A stretch of 64,000 bases of DNA from an uncultured Gemmatimonadales bacterium (GTDB lineage Bacteria; Gemmatimonadota; Gemmatimonadetes; Gemmatimonadales; GWC2-71-9), in the NCBI GenBank assembly GCA_963842945.1, contig CAWJIM010000006.1, positions 32,001-96,000 on the forward strand. The letters are read 5' to 3'. Both the position numbers and the translations under genes were made by a program. Position 1 is the stretch's first letter. Every line of letters starts with the position of its first letter. The notes beneath the pieces were generated by a model. It was not told the DNA's origin. It saw only the letters and a list, made by a program, of their open reading frames with translations, and ran no database searches. Positions 10,154 to 22,361 of the stretch are shown piece by piece.

Positions 10154-13100
10154 ATCCCGCTCGATCTGCGCCGGTCCATTACCACGCTCACTCCTCTTCT
10201 CCGCTCGGATGCCCGCGAGGATCTCCTGGCCGGCCCGATTCGGGGCGAGCTGCTCGGCGTCGAGCACCTGGCCGAACGGGCCCAAATGGTGGCCGTGGCA
10301 CAGCGCATCTCGTTCAGACGGCGGCGGCGCCGGACGCCGCTGCTGGTCCGGTTGGAGCAGAACCGGAAGATCCTGGAGGATGCCTATACCCGGCTGAACG
10401 CCGCGGCGGACGGCGGTACCAGCGTGGGTCCCGCCGGTGAGTGGCTGCTGGACAACTACCATGTGATTCAGGAGCACATCGGCGAGGTCCGGGAGAGCCT
10501 GCCGGGCGGTTACTATCGCGAGCTGCCGGTGCTCGCCAGCGGCCCGCTGGCCGGCTATCCCCGGGTGTACGAGCTGGCCATCACGCTGATCTCCCACACC
10601 GAAGGCCGGATCGCGCTGGACAACGTGAGCGGCTTCGTGGCCGCGTTCCAGCAGATCTCGGTGCTCACCATCGGCGAGCTGTGGGCCATCCCCGCCATGC
10701 TCCGGCTGGGACTGATCGAGAACGTGCGCCGGATGGCGCTGCGCTCGGTCCAGCGGGTGGACGAGATCCAGTCGGCCGACTCGGCCGCTGCCCGGCTCAT
10801 CGCCGCGCACGTCGAAGGTGAAAGTGCGGTTGAAGCCGAGCTCAATCGATTCCTCTCCAGCCCACCCACACTCTCTCCAACCTTCGTCTCCCGCTTCGTG
10901 CAGCAGCTCCGCCAGGAGGCCGGCGGCCACGCCGCCACCATGCTGCTGGAGCAGTGGATCACCGAAGAAGCGATGAGCCCGCAGGAGGCCACCACCCGCA
11001 GCACCGAGCGGATGGCCATCACGCAAGTCGTCATGGCCAACAGCATCACCAGCCTCCGCACCGTCGGCCGGATGGAGTGGCGCACCTTCGTCGAGGCGGA
11101 GAGCCGGATCGAGCGGGTGTTGCGGAATGATCCGTCCGGGTTCTACGGCAGCATGACCTTCGCCACCCGCGACCGCTATCGCCACTCGGTCGAGCGCATC
11201 GCCAAGCGGACCCGGCTCAGCGAGGAAGCCGTGGCCGGGAGGACGATCGAGTGCGCCCGCTCCGGCCTGGAGCAACACCCGGAAGACCAGCGCCGCGCGC
11301 ACGTGGGCTATTACCTGGTGGATGAGGGGCTGGCCGAGCTGGAGCGCCTGGCCCAGTACACTCCGGCGCCTGGCGAGATGGTTGACCGCTGGGTGCGGCG
11401 CCATCCCAACGTCGTGTTCGTGGGCGGCATCGTCCTGACCACCATCCTCGCTCTGGCCGCCGTGCTCTGGCTCGGGGGGCCGGCGGCACGCTCGGTCTGG
11501 CCCTGGGTACTGGTGGTTGGCCTGCTTCCAGCCGCCGACATCGCGGTGAGTCTGGTGAACCAGCTCGTGACGGCGTTTCTCCAGCCGCGCCCGCTCTCCA
11601 AGCTCGACCTGCACGAGCACGGCGTGCCGGCCGAGTACCGGACGGCGGTGGTGATCCCCACCCTCTTCCCCAGCGTGGAGTCGGTGGAGGAGTCACTGGA
11701 GAACCTGGAAGTACAGTTCCTGGCCAACCGGGAAGCTCATCTGCACTTCGCTTTGCTGGGCGACTTCACCGACTCGGGCAGCGAGACCCAGGAAGACGAC
11801 GCCGCGATCCTGAAGGCCGCCGTTGCCGGAATCAACGCCCTCAACGCCCGATACGGGGCTGGACGGGAAGACGCGTTCTACCTGTTCCACCGGCCCCGGC
11901 GCTGGAATCCGGTTGAAGGGGTGTGGATGGGCTGGGAGCGTAAACGGGGAAAGCTCGCCGAGTTCAATCGCTTCGTGCTGACCGGCGAGGAGAGCGGCTT
12001 TTCCGCCATCGTGGGCGACAAGAGTTTGCTCCGCTCGGTGCGGTACGTGATCACCCTCGATTCCGACACCACACTGCCACCGGACGCGGCGCCCGCGCTG
12101 GTGGGAGCGCTGGCGCACCCGCTCAATCGCGCGGTGTACGATGACAACCTGGGAAGAGTGGTCAGCGGGTACGCAATACTACAGCCCCGGGTCGGGGTCT
12201 CCTTGCCCAGCGCGCACCGATCGCTGTTCGCCTCGATCCACTCCGGGCACCCTGGCGTGGATCCTTACACCACCGCGGTCTCCGACGTCTACCAGGACCT
12301 CTACGGCGAGGGGAGCTTCACCGGCAAGGGGGTCTACGACGTCGTCGCGTTCGAGCGCGCCACCCGGGGGCGATTCCCCGAGAACACGCTGCTGTCGCAC
12401 GACCTGATCGAGGGCAACTACGCCCGCGCCGGTCTGGCCACCGACGTGATCGTCTACGACGACTATCCCACCCGCTACCTGACCTACACCCGGCGCAAGC
12501 ACCGCTGGATCCGGGGCGACTGGCAGCTCCTGCCCTGGCTCCGGCGCTGGGTGCCGGGCCCCCAGGGGCGCGAGCGCAACCGGCTGTCGATCCTCTCGCG
12601 GTGGAAGATCATCGACAACCTCCGGCGCAGCACGGTGGAGCTGGCCCAGCTGGTCTTCCTGGTGGCCGGCTGGACTGTCTTGCCCGGCTCCCCGATCCGC
12701 TGGACGCTGCTCGGGATCGGGGCCATTGCCGCGCCCTGGATCGTCTCCCTCCTGCTCGCGCTGGTGCGTCCGCCGCTGGATAAGTCCTGGCGAGCCTACT
12801 ATGCGGCGGTTGGGCACGATTTCGTCACCAGCATTCAGCAGATAGCTCTCGCGGTCGCGTTCCTGCCCCACCAGGCCTGGGCCTCGGCCGACGCGATCGT
12901 GCGCACGATCTGGCGGATGAAGGTGAGCCACCGGCACCTGCTGGAGTGGCAGACCGCGTCGCAGATCGAGCGGGGAACCCGGACGACGACCGGAGCGGTG
13001 TGGCGGCAGATGTGGCCCGGAGTCGCCCTGGCGGTGCTGGTGATCGCCCTGGTGGCCTGGCGCCGGGCCGGGCTGGCAGTGCCAGACTGGGAATACGTGG

Positions 13101-16100
13101 TGGGGGTGCTGCCGCTGGGACTCGTCTGGATTGCCTCGCCCGTGATCGCGAAGGCGCTGGCCGCGCCGGCCCTGCCGAAGGAGCTGCGCCTCGCGGCCGA
13201 GGGGCGGCGGCAGATGCACCGCTATGCCCTGCTCCACTGGCGTTTCTTCGACCGCTTCGTCAGCGAGCGGACCAACTGGCTCGCACCTGACAACTTCCAG
13301 GAAGATCCCAAGCCGGTGGTGGCGCTGCGGACTTCGCCCACCAACATCGGCCTCCAGCTACTGGCCACGGTCAGCGCCCACGACCTGGGCTTCATCACTC
13401 TCGATGATATGGCCCGCCGGCTGGAGCTCGCGTTTCGCACTCTGGAGCGGATGCGGCGGCTGCAGGGCCACTTCTACAACTGGTACGACCTTACCGATCT
13501 CCGGGTGCTGGAGCCGGCCTACGTGTCCACGGTGGACAGCGGAAATCTGGCGGGACATCTCATCGCGCTCAGGCAGGCCTGCCTGGCGTTGATCGAGCAG
13601 CCGCTGGACGCACGGATCGGCCGGGGGCTGGACGTGGCGCTGCTGCTGGCCGACGAGCGACGGAAGAAGCTGATCCCCAATCACTCCGCGGGAAAGCAGC
13701 TGCGAGCCGCGCTCAAGCTGGTATCACAGTTCGGGCGGGAAACGCCGTCCACCTCCAGGCTGGCCCGGGTAGGCGACGCGCTCAGGCAATACGACACGGA
13801 GGTCAACTCGGCGGGACTCGGGGCCGGGCTGGCGGAGGCGCTGACGGAGTGGACCTCGTGGAGTCTCCGGCTGATTGAGGCCCAGGCGGAGTGGGTGGTG
13901 AAGTCGGGAGTCGGGAGTCAGGAATCGGGAGTCGCTACCCGCTCCCCGGTGGCGGCCGAGGTGCTCCGCCGCCTGGGAGCCATCGCGGAACGGGCCTATC
14001 GCTACGCCATGGAGATGGACTTCCGGGTTCTGTTCGACAAGCAGCGGAAGCTGTTCACCATCGGCCTTGCAGCCAACACCCACACCCCCGATCCCTCCTA
14101 CTACGACCTGCTCGCCTCGGAGGCGCGGCTCGCGAGTTATCTCGCCGTGGCCAAGAATGACGCGCCGGTGGACCACTGGTTTCGCCTGGGCCGCACCCTG
14201 ACCTACGCCGCCGGGAAGGCAGCGCTGGTGTCGTGGAGCGGGAGCATGTTCGAGTACTTGATGCCGATGCTGGTGATGCGCTCGTTTCCCAGCACAGTGC
14301 TGGCGCAGACGACCAAGGGCGCGCTGGTGCGGCAGGTGGCCTACGGGGGAGAGCGCGGCGTTCCCTGGGGCGTGAGCGAGAGCGGCTACAACCTGCGCGA
14401 CCGGCACCACACCTATCAATACCGTCCTTTCGGCGTACCCGATCTGGCGCTCAAGCGTGGCCTGGGTCGAGAGCTGGTGGTGGCGCCCTACGCTTCGCTG
14501 CTGGCCGCGATGATCGATCCCCAGCGGGCGCTGGCCAACTTGCGGGAGCTGGAGCGGCTGGGCGCACTGGGTCCGTACGGCTTCCGGGAATCGCTGGACT
14601 ATACCCGGCCCGATCCCGAGATGAGCTACGCCCTGGTGGGCGCGTTCTTCGCCCACCACATCGGGATGAGCCTGATCGCGATGACCAACGTGCTCAGCAA
14701 CAACATCTGGCAGCGCCGGTTTCACGCCGACCCGATCGTCCGCTCCGCCGAGTTGCTGCTTCACGAGCGGATCCCCCGCCGACTGGTGGTGCAGGAGGCG
14801 CAGGACCTCCGGCCCGACGAGGCGATGCCCGAAGCGGACATCGAGCGTCCGTCGGTTCGGGAGCTGGACACGCCCGACACGGCGCAGCCCCATATCGCGC
14901 TGCTGGGTCACGTCCCCTACACCATCATGGTGAGCCACTGTGGCGCCGGGTACAGCCGGTTCGAGGAGCTGGCGGTGAGCCGCTGGCAGTCAGACGGCAC
15001 CCGCGACTTCACCGGCCAGTTCTGCTATCTCAAGGATCTTTCGACCGGCCGCGTGTGGTCGGCGGCGCACCAGCCGGTATGCGCGCCGGCGGACAGCTAT
15101 CAGGCCCTGCTCGCCACCGACCGGGTGACCTTCCACCGAATCGACGGCTCGATCGAAACCAGCACCGAGATCGCAGTGGTGCCGGACGACGCGGCCGAAA
15201 TTCGGCGGATCACCGTCACCAACCACAGCGACGAGACTCGGGAGATCGAGCTGACCAGCTACGGTGAGATCGTGCTGGCACCTCCGGAGAGCGATCGGGC
15301 TCATCCGGCATTCGGCAATCTTTTCGTGGAGACCGAATGGCACGACTGGTGTAACGCCATCAGCGCCACCCGCCGCGTCCGCTCGGCTAAGGAAGCGCCG
15401 CTCTGGTGCGTGCACGTGGTGGACGGCGGACCGGAGCGGGTGGGCCCGGTGAGCTGCGAGACCGACCGGTCCAGGTTCATCGGCCGGGGGCGCACGACTC
15501 GGGATCCTGTGGCCCTGGAAGCCGAGGGCCCGCTCTCCGGCAGCATCGGCTCGGTGCTGGATCCGATCTTTGCCCTTCGGACCAGGGTGCGGCTGCGGCC
15601 GGGGCGATCGGCTTCGGTCGGGTTCACCACTTTGGTCTCCACCAGCCGGGAACGGGCTTTCGAGCTGGCCGACCGGTACCGCGATCCGCACTCGTCGCAG
15701 CGGGCGCTCGACCTGGCCTGGACCTCGAGTCAGGTGGAGCTCAGGGAATTCAACCTTACCCCTAGCGATGCGGCGGTGTTTCAGGAGCTGGCGGCGATCC
15801 TGCTCTACGGCAGCCCGTCGCTCCGCGCTCCTCAGTCGGAGCTCCGGAGGAACCGCGGCTCGCAGCAACTGCTCTGGGGGCTCGGGGTGAGCGGCGACTG
15901 GCCCATCCTGCTGGCGACTATCAATTCGGACGAAGGACTTCCAACTCTGCGCCAGGTGCTCCAGGCCCACCACTACTGGCGGCGCCGGGGAATGAAGATC
16001 GACCTGGTGGTGCTGAACACCCATCGGCCGAGCTACATCCAGGACATGGCCGACCGGATCACTTCCACCGTCTTCTCGGCCAGTGATCCCACGTTCGCGG

Positions 16101-18941
16101 ATGTTCCCGGCGGCGTCTTCGTGCGGCGGCAGGACCTGCTCAACGCCGACCAGCTGCAGATGCTCCGGGCCACGGCGCGAATGCATCTCTCCTGTCAGGG
16201 GCAAGCACTGGGCCGGGTGCTCGTCACCGCCCTGCCCGACGAATCGCTGGATGAGGAGCTGGAGGACATCTCTCCCCCGCTCCGGACGCCGGCACGGAGC
16301 GACTCGCGGATGGCACGGGTGGTTCGCCGGATCGGCGCAACCCTGCCCTCCCTGCTGGTGCCGCCAGCTTCGCCGTCCGAGTCCGAGCTCCGGCCCCATG
16401 TTCCGGACCGGCGCCGCGGCGGCGGATTGGCGCTGGACAATGGCTATGGCGGGATCGGTCCCGACGGCGACTATCACATTCGGGTGAACAGGACGCGCGT
16501 ACCGCCGGCTCCCTGGTCCAACATCATTGCCAACCGCCACGGTGGATTCATGGTCACTGAGCGGGGCGGCGGGTGCACCTGGGCGGAGAACAGCTACTTC
16601 TTCCGGCTGACGCCCTGGCACAACGATCCGGTGTCAGACCCGGTGAGCGAGGTGATCTATCTCCAGGACGAGGAGAGCGACGAGCTCTGGTGCGCCACTC
16701 CGGGTCCGATCGGAGGAGATCATTTCACCGTCCGGCACGCACCGGGCACCAGCTCCTTTTCCCACCAGCATGGCGACGTCGCCACCGACCTGATCCTGGG
16801 CCTGGCCCCGGACGCAGCAGTCAAGCTTTCGGTGCTGCGGCTGAACAACCGGGGCGACAGGATCCGCCGACTCCGGATCACCACATATATGGAATGGACT
16901 CTGGGGGTGCTCCGAGAGCACACCCAGCACCAGGTACAAACCCGATTCGATCGGGAGCGGGAGACGCTGCTGGCCACCAACTACTTCGACCCGAGCTTTG
17001 CCGGCTGGACCGGGTTCCATTGCATCAGCGAGCCCGTGATCGCCTACACGGCCGGGCGCCGGGACTTCATCGGCCGGAACCGTTCGGTCGCAAACCCTGC
17101 CGCGTTGCTGGATGGCGGGAATCTCTCCGGTATTACCGGCGCCGGCATCGATCCTTGCGCCGCGCTGCAGTGCTCGATCGAGCTCGCGCCGGGGGAAGAC
17201 CGGGAGATCGCCATCGTACTCGGCGCGGCGGCAACCGAGCTGAAGACTCATGAGCTGGCCACGGAGTATCGCGAGCTCGCCCGAGTCAAGACCGCGATCG
17301 ATGAGACGATCGCCGGCTGGAGCGAGCGGCTCTCAGTGATCACGGTGAAGACGCCGGAGCCGACCTTTGACGCGATGATCAACCGCTGGACCCTGTACCA
17401 GGCGCTCTCCTGCCGGATGTGGGGCCGCTCGGCGGTGTATCAGAGCAGCGGCGCGTACGGCTTTCGCGATCAATTGCAGGACGTGCTGGCCTTCCTCTAT
17501 GCCGAGCCGGCGCTGGCGCGGGAGCACATCCTCCGGGCCGCGGGCCGCCAGTTCGTGGAAGGCGACGTGCAGCACTGGTGGCATCCCCACAGCGGACGGG
17601 GGGTGCGCACCAGGTTCTCGGACGATCTGGCCTGGCTACCCTACGTGGTGGACCAATACATCCGGGTCACCGGCGATGCCTCGGTGCTGGATGAGCCGGC
17701 TCCGTTTCTCACCATGCGCGAGCTGGGTCCGGACGAGCACGAGATCTATGACTTGCCGGAGGTGAGCTCCGAGCTGGCGAGCGTCTACCAGCACTGCGTT
17801 CGGGCACTCCACCGGGCCTGCACCACGGGAGAGCACGGCCTGCCTTTGATCGGCATCGGAGACTGGAACGATGGGATGAACCGGGTCGGGATCCAGGGAA
17901 AGGGAGAGAGCGTGTGGCTGGCCTGGTTCCTGGCCACGACGCTCAAGGCGTTTGCCGAGCAGGCCGACGCCCGGGGAGACGTAGCCATCGCGGCGCAGTT
18001 CAGGGGTCAGGCGGCCGCTTACCTGATGGCGGTGGAGCAGCACGGGTGGGACGGAGAGTGGTATCGCCGGGCCTACTTTGACGATGGAACGCCGATTGGT
18101 TCGCGGACGAACGAGGAATGCCGGATCGATTCCATCGCGCAGAGCTGGAGTGTGATCAGTGGGGGGACGCGGGGAGGGGGGGAAGCGGGGCAGCGGGGCA
18201 GCGGGGACGGCAGCGGGGCAGCGGGGCAGCAGGGCAGCAGGGCGGGAGAGGAGGAAGGTCGCCATGAACTCCCTGGAGAAGTATCTGGTGCGCGAGGATG
18301 CCCGGCTGATCATGCTGCTGACTCCCGCCTTCGACAAGACGGAGAAGGATCCGGGATACATCAAGGGCTATCTGCCGGGTGTGCGGGAGAACGGGGCGCA
18401 ATACACCCACGCGGCGCTTTGGGCGGTATTGGCCACCGCGCTCCAGGGCAACGGAAACCGGGCGTTCGAGCTGTATCAGATGATCAATCCGCTGACTCAC
18501 GCTCGCACGCCGGAGGAGGTAGAGGCCTACAAGGTCGAGCCGTATGTCGTGGCGGCCGATGTGTACACGGCAGAGGGCCAGTTGGGACGGGGCGGATGGA
18601 CCTGGTACACCGGTTCGGCGAGCTGGATGTACCGGGTGGGGCTGGAGGGAATCCTGGGCTTCACCAAGCGGGGTGACCGGCTGTTCATCGAGCCGAGAGC
18701 CCCAGCCTTCTGGTCGGAATACACGATCGAATACCGATTCGGCACGAGCGTGTATGTGATCGTGGTGCACAACGAGGAGGGAATATCCGGTGGCGCGATC
18801 GAGATCACCATCGACGGCGCTCCGTCAGCCGGCGGAAGCATTCGCCTGGAGGACGACGGCGCTCGGCACGAGGTGAGCGTACAGCGGGTGAGTAGCGGTC
18901 TACCGGAGCCGGAGGAGGTCGCCGCGGACGACAATAGATAA
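10154..18941 (+). CDS. ndvB: Cyclic beta-1,2-glucan synthase (GT84 / glucoamylase-like / GH94 phosphorylase); frameshift at ~18160-18250
   Basis: EWLLDN, GWERKRGKL, LLSHDLIEG, RWIRGDWQL, RTSPTNIGL, YDLLASEARL, YQSSGAYGFRDQLQD and GDWNDGMN. The C-terminus (ENGAQYTH, WYTGSASW) is in ORF 18159..18941. Conserved-looking sequence extends upstream of ATG 10286, so the start is uncertain. Confidence 0.92.
13901..13935. repeat. Heptamer array (GAGTCGG-type x5) inside the glucan synthase CDS
   Basis: AAGTCGG-GAGTCGG-GAGTCAG-GAATCGG-GAGTCGC, read as [12 protein letters not shown]. Confidence 0.85.
18160..18250. repeat. G-rich octamer array (GGGGCAGC/AGGGCAGC) with G homopolymers
   Basis: Repeated ggggcagc units lying exactly at the glucan synthase frame change. 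Confidence 0.8.
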
Positions 18942-19130
18942 ATAGGGCGGAACCACCTCCTCCGTCTGAGTCTCGACCCCGTTGGGCAGGCTTCTTGCGA
19001 CCCCGCCGCACTGCACTAAGTTGCCGCATCCCCTGAACAAGACAAACGACCGTTCCAGGTAAGCTGGAGCCTCTGCCGGCTCCTCACCGGATAGTTACGC
19101 AGTCTGACAGTCAACTCGCCGAGGCGTGCC

Positions 19131-20423
19131 TTGAAGCTGGTTGCCGGACATGCTGTTACCGGTGCACTTCTCGAAGCCGCGGAACCGGCCAAAGCCACCG
19201 CAGCTCCCGTCCTGAAGCGCTGTCCGTCCGCTCCTGCCTATCGCCGGGTGCTAATTGTCGCACCCCAGCCATTCTACGAGGATCGGGGGACCCCGATTGC
19301 GGTTCGCCAGGTGGTGGAGGGGCTCAGCCAGCTCGGATATTCGGTCGATCTCCTCACTTACCCTGTTGGCAGCGACATCCAAGTACCGGGCGTGCGCCTG
19401 ATACGGACGGCAAATCCGCTTCGATTCAAGAGCGTTCCAGTAGGCCTTTCGGTGAAGAAGGTCCTGTTGGACATCCCCCTCACCGTGGCGCTTCTGTCTC
19501 GCCTTCGCACCGGTGCATACTCTTGCATTCACGCCGTCGAAGAAGCGGCTTTTCCCGCTGTCCTGTTGGGTCGGCACTACAGAGTGCCGGTGATCTACGA
19601 CATGCAGTCCAGCCTTCCCGAGCAGCTCGCCACACATCCCGGGTTAGGTGCCACACCCGTCCGATACCTATTGGAGCAGCTGGAATCCTGGCTTCTGCGA
19701 CGAGCCGACCTGGTAGTCAGCAGCGCCGGTCTGGCGAGTCGGGTACGCCAAGTCGCTCCCCAGACTCCGCTGCATGAGTGGCAGTACCCGAGCGTCATGG
19801 TTCCGGCCGCACGAGGTGACGCGGAGCGGCTTCGCCGGCGTCTCGCTATTCCACCGGGCCGGCCGGTTGTGCTCTATGGCGGGACCTTTCAGAGCTATCA
19901 GGGACTGGGACAGCTGATCGAGGCCATTCCGGCGGTACGGGCGGTGGTGCCGGACGCCACGTTCGTGCTGGTAGGAGCCGAGAACGGAACTGGTGCGGCG
20001 GTTCGAGCTCAAGGAGCTGCGCTCCTCCAGTCGGGAGCCTTGCATGTCATCGATCGTCAACCACGGCACGAAATACCCGGCTACCTCGGTCTCGCCGACG
20101 TATTGGTCTCGCCCCGCTCATACGGCGGCAACCTTCCACTCAAGGTCTTCGACTACCTGGCGGCTGGCCGCCCCATCGTTGCCACCGATATCCCGACGCA
20201 TCGTACGGTGCTCAACGAAGACCGGGCGGTGCTCGTTCCCACCCAGAGCACCGAGCTCGCGCGAGGAATCTTGAGTCTGCTGCTGGACCCGGCGCGCGCC
20301 GACCGGTTGGCTCGTGCCGGCCGCCGGTACGCGGAAGAGCACCTCGGGTGGGCGAGATTCGTTGACTCTCTGGGCAACCTGTACGAGGCCGTGCACCAGC
20401 ATGCGCTTGCGAAATCGGCCTGA
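19131..20423 (+). CDS. Glycosyltransferase family 4
   Basis: PQPFYEDRGTPI N-terminus; ADVLVSPR...PLKVFDYLAAGRPIVATD GT-B signature. Start codon uncertain. Confidence 0.9.
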   Translation: MKLVAGHAVTGALLEAAEPAKATAAPVLKRCPSAPAYRRVLIVAPQPFYEDRGTPIAVRQVVEGLSQLGYSVDLLTYPVGSDIQVPGVRLIRTANPLRFKSVPVGLSVKKVLLDIPLTVALLSRLRTGAYSCIHAVEEAAFPAVLLGRHYRVPVIYDMQSSLPEQLATHPGLGATPVRYLLEQLESWLLRRADLVVSSAGLASRVRQVAPQTPLHEWQYPSVMVPAARGDAERLRRRLAIPPGRPVVLYGGTFQSYQGLGQLIEAIPAVRAVVPDATFVLVGAENGTGAAVRAQGAALLQSGALHVIDRQPRHEIPGYLGLADVLVSPRSYGGNLPLKVFDYLAAGRPIVATDIPTHRTVLNEDRAVLVPTQSTELARGILSLLLDPARADRLARAGRRYAEEHLGWARFVDSLGNLYEAVHQHALAKSA

Positions 20424-21384
20424 GCTGATCGTGCCCGGCGTCAATCTCGTCTCCGTGATCATTCCGGCCCGCAATGAAGCCCGTGGTATCGCCGCGGTAA
20501 TCCAGGCCGTCCAGGCACAGAGCCCTGCCGGCTGGGATCTCGAGGTCATCGTCGTAGATGACGGATCGTCCGACGGAACAGCGGAAAGGGCTCGGGCCGC
20601 CGGCGCACGAGCGTTGGTACTCGAGTCCGGGATCGAGGGCGGAAATCCGGCACGGGCCAGGAATCTCGGAGCTGCCGCAGCCAAGGGCGATCCCATCGTC
20701 TTTCTCGACGCCGACTGCATTCCGGAGTCAGGCTGGCTCGCCCGCTTGCTGGTGGCCCATGACGCGGGAGCAGCGGTGGTCGGGGGTGCGTTGGATCTGC
20801 CGCAAGGTGTGCCCCTCACGGCCCGCTGCGACTACTACTGCGGCTGGTATCACGTCCACTCCAAGCGACCCTCAGGGGCCGTTCCGAACCACCCACCGGG
20901 CAACTTGAGCGTGCGCCGCCAGGTGTTCGTCATGAGTAGCGGCTTTACCGAGCAACAGCCGGTCGCCTATGCCCATGAGGAGCTGGCCTGGCAGGGGGAA
21001 GTGCAGCGATCGGGTGGTGCGATCGTCTTCGAGCCTGCCGCGGTGGTCCGGCACTACAACCGGCCGGGCTTCGCCAATCTGCTCAAACGGAACTACCGCT
21101 GGGGCTACAGCGCCATCGAGAGTAAGGCTGCAACCAAGGCGGCCCGAATGGCATGGCTCTATCGATATCCCGGGCTCCTGGTGGCGGCCAGCATTCCTCT
21201 GGCAATCGCCAGCACGGGCTACATCGTCGGCTGCTGGCTGCGCGCCGGTGTCGCGGAGCCACTGCTGATGTTGCCGGCGGTACTTGCCGCCCGGCTGGCC
21301 TACTCGATGGGCCTCGCCGCGGGTGGGGTGCGATGGATTCGCTACGGAACGCTCGCTCCTGCCACCAGGGCTCGTTGGGAATGA
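20401..21384 (+). CDS. Glycosyltransferase family 2
   Basis: SVIIPARNE, VVDDGSSDGT, ARARNLG, FLDAD. Confidence 0.9.
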   Translation: MRLRNRPELIVPGVNLVSVIIPARNEARGIAAVIQAVQAQSPAGWDLEVIVVDDGSSDGTAERARAAGARALVLESGIEGGNPARARNLGAAAAKGDPIVFLDADCIPESGWLARLLVAHDAGAAVVGGALDLPQGVPLTARCDYYCGWYHVHSKRPSGAVPNHPPGNLSVRRQVFVMSSGFTEQQPVAYAHEELAWQGEVQRSGGAIVFEPAAVVRHYNRPGFANLLKRNYRWGYSAIESKAATKAARMAWLYRYPGLLVAASIPLAIASTGYIVGCWLRAGVAEPLLMLPAVLAARLAYSMGLAAGGVRWIRYGTLAPATRARWE

Positions 21385-22361
21385 CGTCGCCCACCATCAC
21401 GGCAGCGATCTGTACTCGGAACCGCCCACTCCAGCTGGCGCGGGCCCTCGACTCGCTGCTGGCTCAGTCGATAGCGCCAACCGAAATCATGGTGGTGGAC
21501 AATTCGCCGTCTGATGAAGCGACGGCGATGCTCGTGACCGAGCGCTTTTCCGGAGTCCGCTATCTGCGCGAGCCGGTGCCCGGACTCGACTTTGCCCGCA
21601 ATCGGGCACTGGGAGAGGCCGCGGGCGAGATCGTCGCCTTTCTCGACGATGATGCCGTGGCGGACCGGGATTGGTGCCGGGCACTGAAGCAGGTATTCGA
21701 GTCTGCTCCCGACGTCGCGGTGTGCACCGGAAGGGTCGAGCCGCTGATGCTGGCGAGCCCGGGACAACTTCTGTTCGAGTTGAACGGAGGGTTTTCCCGG
21801 GGCAGTCGCCGGATCCGGCTGCCCGACCATGCTGCCAAACGGCTCCATGGGTGGCCCGCGCCGCTTATCGCCTGGGCCATCAGCGTAGGCTGTGGCTGCG
21901 CCTACGCGGTGAGGCGCAGTGCGGCCCTGCAACTGGGTGGCTTTGATGAGGCACTCGACCTGGGCGGCGCATTGCCCGGAGGGGGAGACCACGATCTCCT
22001 CTGGCGCGCGCTGCAGTCCGGCTGGAGAGTCGAATATCAGCCGGAGGCCGTGGCCTGGCACGAGCACCGTCGCGAGGCCGAGGCCGCGTACGATCAGATC
22101 ATCGGGCATCAACGAGCCCTACTCGCCTTTCTGTGCAAGCAGGTATCGCACTCCTCTCTCCGGGGCGGGCTGCCTCTGCTGGCGTATCTGAGCTGGCGAC
22201 TCCTGAAGCCAGGCGTACGGCTGGTGCGGCGCGGCCTGGGTCGCGATCCACTCCCCATCGGGGTGCTGCTGCGGATGTGGGGCAACTGCTTCATGGGCCT
22301 GGGCGCCTATCCACTTGCCTGCCGGATCGCCAGAACCCGGCGGGAGCAATACGCCGCATGA
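21381..22361 (+). CDS. Glycosyltransferase family 2
   Basis: AICTRNR, VVDN, ARNRAL, FLDDD, GGFDE. ATGA overlap with the upstream gene. Confidence 0.9.
   Translation: MTSPTITAAICTRNRPLQLARALDSLLAQSIAPTEIMVVDNSPSDEATAMLVTERFSGVRYLREPVPGLDFARNRALGEAAGEIVAFLDDDAVADRDWCRALKQVFESAPDVAVCTGRVEPLMLASPGQLLFELNGGFSRGSRRIRLPDHAAKRLHGWPAPLIAWAISVGCGCAYAVRRSAALQLGGFDEALDLGGALPGGGDHDLLWRALQSGWRVEYQPEAVAWHEHRREAEAAYDQIIGHQRALLAFLCKQVSHSSLRGGLPLLAYLSWRLLKPGVRLVRRGLGRDPLPIGVLLRMWGNCFMGLGAYPLACRIARTRREQYAA

Noticed and set aside
10067..17251. Long antisense ORFs (10067..11620, 13724..14938, 14990..16621 etc.) opposite the glucan synthase, and similarly 61210..62772
   Set aside because: Typical shadow ORFs of high-GC coding sequence; no motifs.
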